Shown piece after piece: positions 1-8,305 of a DNA stretch of 64,000 bases. The DNA is from an archaeon (GTDB lineage Archaea > Nanobdellota > Nanobdellia > Woesearchaeales > GW2011-AR15). The stretch is taken from positions 599 through 64,598 of the forward strand of contig JAZDLQ010000070.1 of NCBI GenBank assembly GCA_043801855.1. The letters run 5' to 3'. Position 1 is the first letter of the stretch, and each line of letters opens with the position of its first letter. Under the pieces are notes generated by a model. It saw only the letters and a list, made by a program, of their open reading frames with translations. It did not search any database and was not told the origin of the DNA. The translations under genes were made by a program, and so were the position numbers.

Positions 1-1
1 G

Positions 2-607
2 ATTTTCATCAACTCTCATGAGCCAAAAGAATTAATTGATTTTCTATCCCAAAAAACAGAAATTGAAATAGAAAACTTTAATCCAGGAGATTTTATTATA
101 GGTAAAATCGGGATTGAAAGAAAAACTCTTGATGATTATTTAACTTCGCTTTCGGGCGGGAGATTGTTTGAGCAACTAAATTTTCTAAAGGAAATTTATC
201 CAAAACCACTATTGATTATTGAAGCAATTGATTTTTCAGTTGTAAATTGGAATTATTTTCACAATTCTATCTTATTCATCATGTTTGATATAGGGATAAG
301 AGTTATTTTTTCCAGGGATATTTATGACACCGCTGGCATCCTGCATCTTATATCCAAGAAAGAAAATAAGGTTAACAATATAATTCTAAAAAATTATTTC
401 TTAAAATATAAAAAAAGAAGAGACAATACAGCACTTAACCGAAAGAAATTTGTTATGAATCTTCTTGGAGTTGGTAATTCAAAAGCTACATCTTTATTAA
501 ACAGCTGCAAAACATTAAGCGAATTATTTGCTTTAAATAAAAACTCAAATATAAGAGGGATAGGCAGAAAAACGCTCATTAAAATTGATGCAATAAATAA
601 ATTATAA
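2..607 (+). CDS. XPF/Hef-type ERCC4 nuclease, C-terminal part (5' end lies outside the window)
   Basis: The frame of ORF 164..607 stays open to the window edge. It reads ...NPGDFIIGKIGIERKTLDDYLTSLSGGRLFEQL (ERCC4 GDx...ERK nuclease motif). The C-terminus has tandem helix-hairpin-helix (LLGVGNSKATSLL ... IRGIGRKTLIKI). Confidence 0.7.
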   Translation: MFINSHEPKELIDFLSQKTEIEIENFNPGDFIIGKIGIERKTLDDYLTSLSGGRLFEQLNFLKEIYPKPLLIIEAIDFSVVNWNYFHNSILFIMFDIGIRVIFSRDIYDTAGILHLISKKENKVNNIILKNYFLKYKKRRDNTALNRKKFVMNLLGVGNSKATSLLNSCKTLSELFALNKNSNIRGIGRKTLIKIDAINKL

Positions 608-645
608 CCATATCCTTTTTAAACAAAACAAGTTTACCCGTATTT

Positions 646-1563
646 ATGGATGCAATTAGTGTTGAGAGCATAACAAAGCACTTCAAGTCCAACAAAAAAG
701 AGTTTTTTGCACTGAAAGATGTCAGCTTTGCACTCAAGGAAGGTGAAATCTTTGGCCTTCTTGGACCAAATGGCGCTGGAAAAACTACTCTAATTAACAT
801 ACTAACAACAGTTCTTCTGCCAGACAAAGGCACAGCTCGTATATTGGGCAGGGATGTTCTGAAAAACCGATATGACATACTTGAAATTGTTAACGTGGCA
901 TCCGGAAGCACTGTTTTTCACCCTTTTTTAAAAACAAAGGAAATAATGCATATCTATTCGAAATTCTACAAGCTTGACAGAATAAACAGAGAAGATAGAA
1001 TAAAGCAGCTAGTTGAACGCCTTGAGATGAATAGCATTCTTGAAAAAAGATTTGAAGAACTATCCTCCGGCCAGAGAATAAGGGTCATTCTGGCAGTCAG
1101 CCTTCTTAATTATCCAAAAGTTCTATTGCTTGATGAGCCAACAATCGGAATGGATCCTGATATTGCAAAAAAGACAAGAAAACTAATTAAGGATATTAAC
1201 AAAAAAGAAAGGACAACAATACTATTGACAAGCCTTTATATGCAGGAAGTTGAAGAGCTTTGCGGAAGAATTGCTTTCATAAATAACGGCAAAATACTTG
1301 ATATAGGAGAAATTAAGAGCCTAAAGAATGGCAAGCTTGGTTCAGAAATCTCAATAGTTTTAAAGGATATTGCTGACCCTGAATTGCTGCGTGTTTTTGG
1401 CTTTACGATTAAGGGTAAAAATACTATTACTAAGCGCATACAGGATGAAAGCGAGATTGGGCCGATAATGGACACACTTTGCGAGAAAGGATATAATGTG
1501 ATTAAGCTTGATACAAAATCACCGACACTTGAAGAATATTTTATACGGATGATGAAAAAATGA
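646..1563 (+). CDS. ABC transporter ATP-binding protein (ABC-2 type)
   Basis: Walker A GPNGAGKTT, signature LSSGQR, Walker B LLLDEPT. ATGA overlap with the downstream permease. Confidence 0.9.
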   Translation: MDAISVESITKHFKSNKKEFFALKDVSFALKEGEIFGLLGPNGAGKTTLINILTTVLLPDKGTARILGRDVLKNRYDILEIVNVASGSTVFHPFLKTKEIMHIYSKFYKLDRINREDRIKQLVERLEMNSILEKRFEELSSGQRIRVILAVSLLNYPKVLLLDEPTIGMDPDIAKKTRKLIKDINKKERTTILLTSLYMQEVEELCGRIAFINNGKILDIGEIKSLKNGKLGSEISIVLKDIADPELLRVFGFTIKGKNTITKRIQDESEIGPIMDTLCEKGYNVIKLDTKSPTLEEYFIRMMKK

Positions 1564-2342
1564 GTCTGCAACGAATATTTGCAATAATTGAACGTGACCT
1601 AAAAATTGTTCTCAGGCTCAAATGGAGGCTTGTAGAAGTCTTTTATTTTCCAATAACATCAGTCATCATATGGGGTTTTTTTACAGTATGGACTAAGCAG
1701 TATGCAATTGAAGCCGGATTTGCGCTTCTTGCAATAAATATATTCTGGAGTTTTGCATACCAATCTCAAAGCGGAACAAATATGCAGCTTATGGAAGATC
1801 GCTGGAACGAGGAATTCAAGCGGCTTATAACAACACCTCTTCGTTCGGGAGAATATCTTATTGGAAAAGCTTTTTCATCACTCGTCTTTACGTTGTTAAG
1901 CTTCATTACTACTATTTTACTTTCTTATTACGCCTTTGGCTATACTATTATTTCAAATAATCTTATTCTGTTTGCAATACTTGCATTAATTACTGTTTGT
2001 GCCTCGCTTGGGATAGGAATATTAATTGCATCATTTATTACTGTCTATGGCAATGAGTATAGCTTTTTTTCATGGTCAGTAATGCAGGTCTTTATGCTAT
2101 TTAGCGCTCCTTTTTTTCCTGTTGCAACATATCCTCTTTATTTGCAATATATCTCCAAAATAATACCTTTCACTTGGGTATTTGAGTCAATAAGAAGCAT
2201 CGCTATGACAGGCAGCGCACCTCAAGAATATATTATAAAAGGAGTAATTCTTGGTGTTTTATATCTGACTTTCTCTGTTCCGATATATTCTCTTGCAATT
2301 GAGAGAGCAAGAAAAACAGGAAAGCTGATTAAGATTTGGTAA
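1560..2342 (+). CDS. ABC-2 family transporter permease
   Basis: Multi-span hydrophobic protein translationally coupled to the ABC ATPase. Length and topology are typical of ABC-2 permeases. Confidence 0.75.
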   Translation: MSLQRIFAIIERDLKIVLRLKWRLVEVFYFPITSVIIWGFFTVWTKQYAIEAGFALLAINIFWSFAYQSQSGTNMQLMEDRWNEEFKRLITTPLRSGEYLIGKAFSSLVFTLLSFITTILLSYYAFGYTIISNNLILFAILALITVCASLGIGILIASFITVYGNEYSFFSWSVMQVFMLFSAPFFPVATYPLYLQYISKIIPFTWVFESIRSIAMTGSAPQEYIIKGVILGVLYLTFSVPIYSLAIERARKTGKLIKIW

Positions 2343-2437
2343 ATACAATAGGTTCAATTTAGATTGAAGTTTTGACCAATATTTATATTTACGAGTGTTT
2401 TCTTAGATTCTATAATTAATAAGTGAGGTAGAGAAAT

Positions 2438-3157
2438 ATGAAAAAAGCACTATTAACGTTCTTAACGATAGCATTAGTTTTAGTAGCTGCGTGCACCGCC
2501 CCAAACAACAATGGAAACAAGGGAGATAATTCACAACTTGCTAACCCTGCATCTGTCTACTGCAAAGAAAATGGCGGCATTCTTGAGATTGTCAAAGCGA
2601 CAGATGGGAGCGAAAGTGGTATTTGCACACTGAAAGACGGGATTAAGTGCGATGAGTGGGCATATTTTAGAGGAGAATGTGGAAAATTAAATAACCACGT
2701 TTGTTCTGCAGCTGAAAAATCTGCTGAAATATGTACAATGGAATATGCTCCTGTTTGCGGTGACGATGGTGTAACATATGGTAATGGTTGCGGGGCTTGT
2801 GCAAGCAAGAACGTGAATTTTTATACTTTTGGAGAATGTAAAGAAGATTGTGGAGAATGCCCTATGCTTTCGCCGCCAGGTCCAGGTTTTTGTAACGATG
2901 GAAAAATAGTATCAGGCGGAAAGAATAGTTGCGGCTGCGATTTGCCTCCGAGCTGTGAAAAGAACACAGAAGGAATTAAAACTTTTTGCACAACAAGAAC
3001 CCAAGTATGCACAAAAGAGTACGTGCCTGTGTGCGGCTGGTTCAATTCAGACATTAAATGCTTTAAATATCCTTGTGCAGCCAGCTATGGTAACAAATGT
3101 GAGGCATGCGCTAATAGCAACGTCGATTACTGGACAGAAGGTGACTGTCCCGAATAA
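2438..3157 (+). CDS. Secreted lipoprotein with DUF333 (putative hemolysin-like) domain plus Kazal-type inhibitor-like domains
   Basis: Signal peptide with lipobox LVAAC. NPASVYCKENGG...GICTL..G..CDEWAYFRGEC matches DUF333. CTMEYAPVCGDDGVTYGNGCGAC and CTKEYVPVCG...YGNKCEAC match the Kazal pattern C..Y.PVCG.DG.TY.N.C. GGTGA-like RBS upstream. Confidence 0.7.
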   Translation: MKKALLTFLTIALVLVAACTAPNNNGNKGDNSQLANPASVYCKENGGILEIVKATDGSESGICTLKDGIKCDEWAYFRGECGKLNNHVCSAAEKSAEICTMEYAPVCGDDGVTYGNGCGACASKNVNFYTFGECKEDCGECPMLSPPGPGFCNDGKIVSGGKNSCGCDLPPSCEKNTEGIKTFCTTRTQVCTKEYVPVCGWFNSDIKCFKYPCAASYGNKCEACANSNVDYWTEGDCPE

Positions 3158-3206
3158 ATTTTTTTCGTATATTTTAAAAAGAAGCAAATTCATCACCAAA
3201 TTATTA

Positions 3207-4109
3207 ATGGCAAAAAGTAAAAAACTAGTGATTATTTCATATTTCTTAATTTATACGCTTTGGAGCACAACATATCTAGCAATAAAGATTGCAGTTAAAA
3301 CATTTCCTACATTCACTTTTGTTGGCTTAAGATGGTTTATTTCAGGGCTTATTATTTTAGGTTTGGCACTATTTAGCGGAAAAAAGATGTCCTTGACAAA
3401 AAAAGAGCTATTTAACTCTATACTTATTGGGTTTTTCATGTTGTATCTCGGAAATGGATTATTATCTGAGGCCGAGAAAAATGTTGATTCATATATCGCA
3501 GCAGTAACATTTGCAGCAACACCAATACTTATGACCCTGTTTGATTACTTTATTAACAAAATAAAAATAGCCAAAGCAACATTTCCTGGGATTTTCATCG
3601 GAATAATTGGTGTTGGGGTTCTTCATTTTACTAATTCTACTGCATTAAGCTTAGACTTTGGAACAATATTACTTATATTATCCTTATCAATGTGGGCGTT
3701 CGGCTCAGCATTAAGCCACAAAGTCAAGCTTCCTGAAAACCTGTTTTTAAATTTGGCTGTGCAGATGATCTCGGCTGGTGTTTTGTCATTAGTAACTTCA
3801 TTTATTCAGGGCCATAATCCTTTTACAATCAAAATAACTACAGAATCGCTGCTTGCTCTCGGATATCTTGTCTTTCCGTGCATATTGGGGATGGTTGCAT
3901 ATGTTTACCTCCTAAAACACGAACCTCTTTCCAGAGTATCATCTTATACTTTTGTAAACACAATAGGTGCTGTTTTTTTAGGTTTATTTTTTGGAGAGAA
4001 ATTAAATAGCAATTTCTTTTTTGCATTGCCGCTAATTTTGGTTGGGTTGTTCCTTATGCTAAACTCAAGAGTGAAAGAGCCACACATGGAAACAGAAGCA
4101 GAAAGATAA
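3207..4109 (+). CDS. EamA/DMT-family transporter
   Basis: About 10 TM segments in two EamA-like halves. Start trimmed to ATG 3207 (MAKSKK...) because the 5' part of ORF 2955..4109 overlaps the upstream gene. Confidence 0.8.
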   Translation: MAKSKKLVIISYFLIYTLWSTTYLAIKIAVKTFPTFTFVGLRWFISGLIILGLALFSGKKMSLTKKELFNSILIGFFMLYLGNGLLSEAEKNVDSYIAAVTFAATPILMTLFDYFINKIKIAKATFPGIFIGIIGVGVLHFTNSTALSLDFGTILLILSLSMWAFGSALSHKVKLPENLFLNLAVQMISAGVLSLVTSFIQGHNPFTIKITTESLLALGYLVFPCILGMVAYVYLLKHEPLSRVSSYTFVNTIGAVFLGLFFGEKLNSNFFFALPLILVGLFLMLNSRVKEPHMETEAER

Positions 4110-4292
4110 AAAAAAACCACAGGACAACCACGCGCCAGATATATAAATCAAGCAGTTCTAATTTTATAGTTTAGAGGTGATCTACCATGAGAAGAGACAT
4201 AATAGAAGCAATCGATTATGAGCTGAATAAAGAAGTCTACAAAACACTAAAAGAACTTCACGCCAGAAGTGAAATCGATGCTATTTGTTAAC

Positions 4293-5306
4293 TTAAAAGC
4301 TTATTTCCTTTTTTACTCTCTCTGAATAGCCCCTTAAGCCAAACGCCATATCAAACTTTATGCCGTATTCAAGAGCAAGGGCCGCCCGTATCAATCCAAC
4401 AGGAGAAAAATAATGCTCGATGTTTTTATCCTTTTTTTTGTGATATGCTTCATATCGGACAATTTCGTTTTTGTACTTGTCCATTATCCTTTTTATCTCA
4501 ATAAGTGACCTGATGTTTATTTTTTTCATTTCGTTGCTTAAATTAAGAAAGCTTCTTTCTTCTAGTTTATCCCACTCTTTAGTATACCATTTAAAATGCA
4601 TCTTTGAAAACTTAAATAGACCAAGTGCTGTAATTTCATCGCTGTTTTCTTCCTGGAGTTTTTTTTTTATCATGTGAGAAAAACCGGTATTTATCTCTTC
4701 AAAAGTTGAGTCTGCAACCTCAAACATTCCTGCAAGAGAGAATATTTTTCGTAAAAGCTCATCGTGTTTTTCTTGTTTTGTTGTTTTGTAGTTAAGATAG
4801 TGCTCGATTTCTGCCCATGCTTCCTGTAAGATTGTTCTTATCTGAAGCTCGCATATAAGGTCTGCCAAACCTTCACATTCTGTTAATTTAATACGTGATT
4901 TTGGTATTTTAACTAGCATATGCAAAGACAAGTATCCAAATTGGTCATATTTCTTAACTGAGCGCTTGTCTGTAACTTCAATTACATCAAATTCTTCTTC
5001 AACAATTTTCTTTATTTCGTCAATCTGCGATAAAAAAAGACAGATAATTCTGCTGCCCGCAAGATCGGTACATTGCTTAAACGGGTCCTTATATCTTTTC
5101 CTTTCAACTTTTTCAAGAAAACTTGAATAGTCTTTTACCCGATATGACATTGAGTGAAGCTTTATTTTTTTTCTTTCAAGCGCTGCGTTTAGTATAAGAA
5201 CAACAACAGATATAAGTCGCTCATATTTGATTTTATTTTCTTCATAGTCTCTTCTAAGTTCAATAGAATCAAGTATTACATCACCAAGGCTTGTTTTTTC
5301 ATCCAT
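4293..5306 (-). CDS. RelA/SpoT-domain protein (small alarmone synthetase-like nucleotide pyrophosphokinase) with about 140 aa C-terminal extension
   Basis: YRVKDYSSFLEKV...DLAGSRIICLF...GYLSLHMLV...ELQIRTILQEAWAEIEHYLNYK is the RelA_SpoT synthetase fold signature. Confidence 0.75.
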   Translation of the reverse strand: MDEKTSLGDVILDSIELRRDYEENKIKYERLISVVVLILNAALERKKIKLHSMSYRVKDYSSFLEKVERKRYKDPFKQCTDLAGSRIICLFLSQIDEIKKIVEEEFDVIEVTDKRSVKKYDQFGYLSLHMLVKIPKSRIKLTECEGLADLICELQIRTILQEAWAEIEHYLNYKTTKQEKHDELLRKIFSLAGMFEVADSTFEEINTGFSHMIKKKLQEENSDEITALGLFKFSKMHFKWYTKEWDKLEERSFLNLSNEMKKINIRSLIEIKRIMDKYKNEIVRYEAYHKKKDKNIEHYFSPVGLIRAALALEYGIKFDMAFGLRGYSERVKKEISF

Positions 5307-5410
5307 ATATATATAATTAAATAAAAAACATAGGTATATATTGATTACTAAAAAAGCAAACTTTTACTAATTTAGTTATAATAATTTATAATTGTCTCTT
5401 ATAACACATA

Positions 5411-5430
5411 CCCTGTGTTTTCTTATGGAA
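5411..5430 (-). promoter_or_regulatory. ORB-like Orc1-binding box (degenerate)
   Basis: The reverse complement reads TTCCATAAGAAAACACAGGG, similar to the box at 5506..5532. Confidence 0.5.
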
Positions 5431-5505
5431 AAAAAAATTAACAAAAAAAGAGTACCATTACTTACTATATAGAAAATAAATCATTTATTATTATTATATT
5501 ATTTT

Positions 5506-5532
5506 TTCCAGTGGAAAACATAGGGTGGGGGG
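5506..5532 (+). promoter_or_regulatory. ORB (origin recognition box)
   Basis: TTCCAGTGGAAAACATAGGGTGGGGGG matches the archaeal ORB core TTCCAGTGGAAA followed by a G-string. Confidence 0.75.
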
Positions 5533-5586
5533 CCTGTGATAAACACCATCTAAATATTTATAAATTAACTACTCTTTTAAGTCGGA

Positions 5587-6801
5587 ATGGTTCAACCAAA
5601 TTTGAATACTTTTTTTAAATCCTACTTAGATGAAAAATCCTTATTTTCAAATAAATCTGCGTTGCAGCTATCATATACTCCAGATGTAGTCTTGCATCGC
5701 GAAAAAGAAGTAAATTTAATTGCAGACATCCTTGCTCCGTTGTTGAAGCGGGAAAAGCCATCTAATTTGTTTGTATATGGTATCACAGGAACAGGAAAAA
5801 CACTTACTGTAAAGTACGTATGCCTGCATCTTCTTGGTGTTGCACAAGAGAACAAAACACCGCTAAAAATAGTATATTTAAACTGTAAACTTAAAAGAAC
5901 AGCAGATACAGCATATCGACTAATGGCACAACTTATTCGTGAATTTAACGTAGATGTTCCTGCAACCGGGCTTCCGACAGACGAAGTATATAATATTTTT
6001 CTAAATATTTTATCAAAAAACCCAACCCAACTCCTTATTGTTCTTGATGAAATAGACCAACTAATAAATAAGGCAGGAGACGAAGTAATCTACAACCTGA
6101 CAAGGATAAATAGCGAGCTTGTTGGCTCGGTTATATCTATTGTAGGAATAAGTAATAGCACTGTTTTTTTAGATAATCTAGATCCTCGTGTCAAATCTTC
6201 CTTAAGCGAAGAAGAATTAACTTTTCCACCATATAATGCTGTTCAAATCCAAGATATACTAAAACAAAGAGCAGCAATAGCCTTTAAGCCAGGAGCGCTT
6301 CAAAGCGGAGTTATTGAGAAATGTTCAGCATATGCGGCCAGAGAACACGGAGATGCAAGAAGAGCAATTGAATTGCTCCGGGTCGCAGGAGAACTTGCCG
6401 AAAGGAAAAAAAGGGAGCAAGTTGAAATAAAAGACCTTGACGAAGCAGAAGATAAAATGGAAAAAGAAAGAGTTCTTGATATAATAAAAACACTCCCAAA
6501 GCAATCTCAAGCAACGCTTTATTGTATTATTACTGTTTTTTCAGGAGATTCAAAAACAAAAATTAGTACAGGAGATATTTACGAGCAGTATAAGCTTCTT
6601 TGTCAAACACTTAGTCTTCGGCCATTAACACAAAGGAGGATTTCAGACATTTTAGCAGAACTTGACATGCTCGGAATTGTAAATGCAAACGTCATTTCAA
6701 AGGGAAGATATGGCAGAACAAAAGAAATATCAATTGATTTACCCTCTTCTCTTGTTGATAAGATAAGGGTTCTTCTTAAAGAAGAAATTGAATCTGAATA
6801 G
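5587..6801 (+). CDS. cdc6: Orc1/Cdc6 replication initiator
   Basis: AAA+ Walker A GITGTGKT, Walker B VLDEID, sensor and C-terminal winged helix. The N-terminal motif L..(Y)TPD....RE.E is typical of Orc1/Cdc6. Confidence 0.95.
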   Translation: MVQPNLNTFFKSYLDEKSLFSNKSALQLSYTPDVVLHREKEVNLIADILAPLLKREKPSNLFVYGITGTGKTLTVKYVCLHLLGVAQENKTPLKIVYLNCKLKRTADTAYRLMAQLIREFNVDVPATGLPTDEVYNIFLNILSKNPTQLLIVLDEIDQLINKAGDEVIYNLTRINSELVGSVISIVGISNSTVFLDNLDPRVKSSLSEEELTFPPYNAVQIQDILKQRAAIAFKPGALQSGVIEKCSAYAAREHGDARRAIELLRVAGELAERKKREQVEIKDLDEAEDKMEKERVLDIIKTLPKQSQATLYCIITVFSGDSKTKISTGDIYEQYKLLCQTLSLRPLTQRRISDILAELDMLGIVNANVISKGRYGRTKEISIDLPSSLVDKIRVLLKEEIESE

Positions 6802-6808
6802 CTTTAAA

Positions 6809-8305
6809 ATGAATGAGAAAAAAAAGAAGATACTTGCCTATTTTCTTGAAAAAGGCTATCTAGCTTCTCCAGATGTTCTAGATATTTTAGAGCAAAAAGA
6901 TTTTTCATTTACTCAAAAAATAATATTGCCATTAGGCGGGAGAACAATTATTGCAAAAGAAGATTTGTGCCATGAAGATACAGAAAGCAAAAGCAAAACC
7001 GAGACACCAACAGAAAATAGCGCCGCAGCAGAAAAAGCAACAAAAGATTTTGAAATATGCATAAACTACAAAGATGAGCAGAGTAACAACACAATCCAGG
7101 AATTTGTCATGTATTTTCGAAGAAGATTTAATCTGACAACCCAAGCAATAAGGGCAAGACAGGAAATGGCAGAAAACGTTCCTATCTCGCGGCTTAAAAA
7201 AATGGAAACTGGCGAAAACGTCTCTTTTATTGGCTCTGTTGTTGAAAAATCAATAACAAAAAATAATAATTTGATAATCAAGGTTGAAGATCTTTCTTCT
7301 TCTATTACGGTGATCGCAAACAAAAACAACAAAGAAGCGTTTGAAAAGGCAAAAGAACTCTGTCTTGATGAAGTTGTTGGTTTTATCGGTACATTAAATA
7401 AAGACGTAATATATGTTAATGATATCGTATGGCCAGATTTGCCTGTTGGGAGAGAAATAAAAAAAGCGCAAAAAGAAGAATATGCTGCTTTTATTGGGGA
7501 TTTGCATCTTGGTTCTAAGGCATTTTTGAAAAAAGAATTTGAGGAGTTTATTAGCTGGCTTAACGGAAAAACAGGCTCAGGAGAACAGATTTCTCTTGCT
7601 AAAAAGGTTAAGTATTTGTTTATTGTCGGCGACCTTGTTGATGGAGTAGGTATATATCCTGACCAGGAAGAGGAATTGGATATAAAAGATATTTATGAGC
7701 AATACAAAGAGCTATCAAAATATCTTCAGAAAATTCCTGAAAACATAACTATTTTTATTTGTCCCGGGAATCATGACGCGGTTCGAATATCAGAGCCGCA
7801 GCCCCCAATATATAACGATTTTGTAGAGCCGATCCTTGCCTTTAAAAACGTTTATTTGGTGTCAAATCCAGCGATGATAACAATATCAAAAACTGACACT
7901 TTTTCTGGGCTAGATATACTTTTATATCATGGTTTTTCTTTTCCGTATTACGGCGATTCTGTTGAGTCAATAAGAACTGCAGGCGGGCTTGAAAAAACAG
8001 ACCTCATATCTAATTATTTATTAAAAAGAAGGCATCTCGCTCCAACACACGGCTCAACAATGTATATGCCTAACTATGAAAAAGACCCGTTATTTATACC
8101 ACAAACAATTGATTTTTTTATAACTGGCCACATTCATAGGTCAATGTTTTCGAATTACCGTTCAGTTACTTGCATTAATTGTTCATGTTGGATTTCTCAG
8201 ACAAAATACCAGGAAAAAGTTGGCTTAAAACCGCAGCCCGGAAGAGTTGCAATTGTCAATCTCCAAACCAGAAAAGGAAAAATACTCAAGTTTGCAGGAG
8301 ATTAA
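6809..8305 (+). CDS. polB: DNA polymerase II (PolD) small subunit DP1
   Basis: OB domain plus calcineurin-like phosphoesterase motifs (GDLHLGS, VGDLVDG, PGNHD, GHIH). ATG 6809 preferred over TTG 6788. Confidence 0.9.
   Translation: MNEKKKKILAYFLEKGYLASPDVLDILEQKDFSFTQKIILPLGGRTIIAKEDLCHEDTESKSKTETPTENSAAAEKATKDFEICINYKDEQSNNTIQEFVMYFRRRFNLTTQAIRARQEMAENVPISRLKKMETGENVSFIGSVVEKSITKNNNLIIKVEDLSSSITVIANKNNKEAFEKAKELCLDEVVGFIGTLNKDVIYVNDIVWPDLPVGREIKKAQKEEYAAFIGDLHLGSKAFLKKEFEEFISWLNGKTGSGEQISLAKKVKYLFIVGDLVDGVGIYPDQEEELDIKDIYEQYKELSKYLQKIPENITIFICPGNHDAVRISEPQPPIYNDFVEPILAFKNVYLVSNPAMITISKTDTFSGLDILLYHGFSFPYYGDSVESIRTAGGLEKTDLISNYLLKRRHLAPTHGSTMYMPNYEKDPLFIPQTIDFFITGHIHRSMFSNYRSVTCINCSCWISQTKYQEKVGLKPQPGRVAIVNLQTRKGKILKFAGD

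Larger units (their letters stand above)
5307..5586. other. Candidate chromosomal replication origin (oriC)
   Basis: Intergenic region directly upstream of orc1/cdc6. It holds two oppositely oriented ORB-like boxes flanking an almost pure A/T stretch. Confidence 0.7.

Noticed and set aside
2955-3206. The 5' extension of ORF 2955..4109 overlaps the Kazal lipoprotein gene.
   Set aside because: The extension is out of frame inside a well-supported gene and is non-hydrophobic. The EamA protein starts sensibly at ATG 3207.
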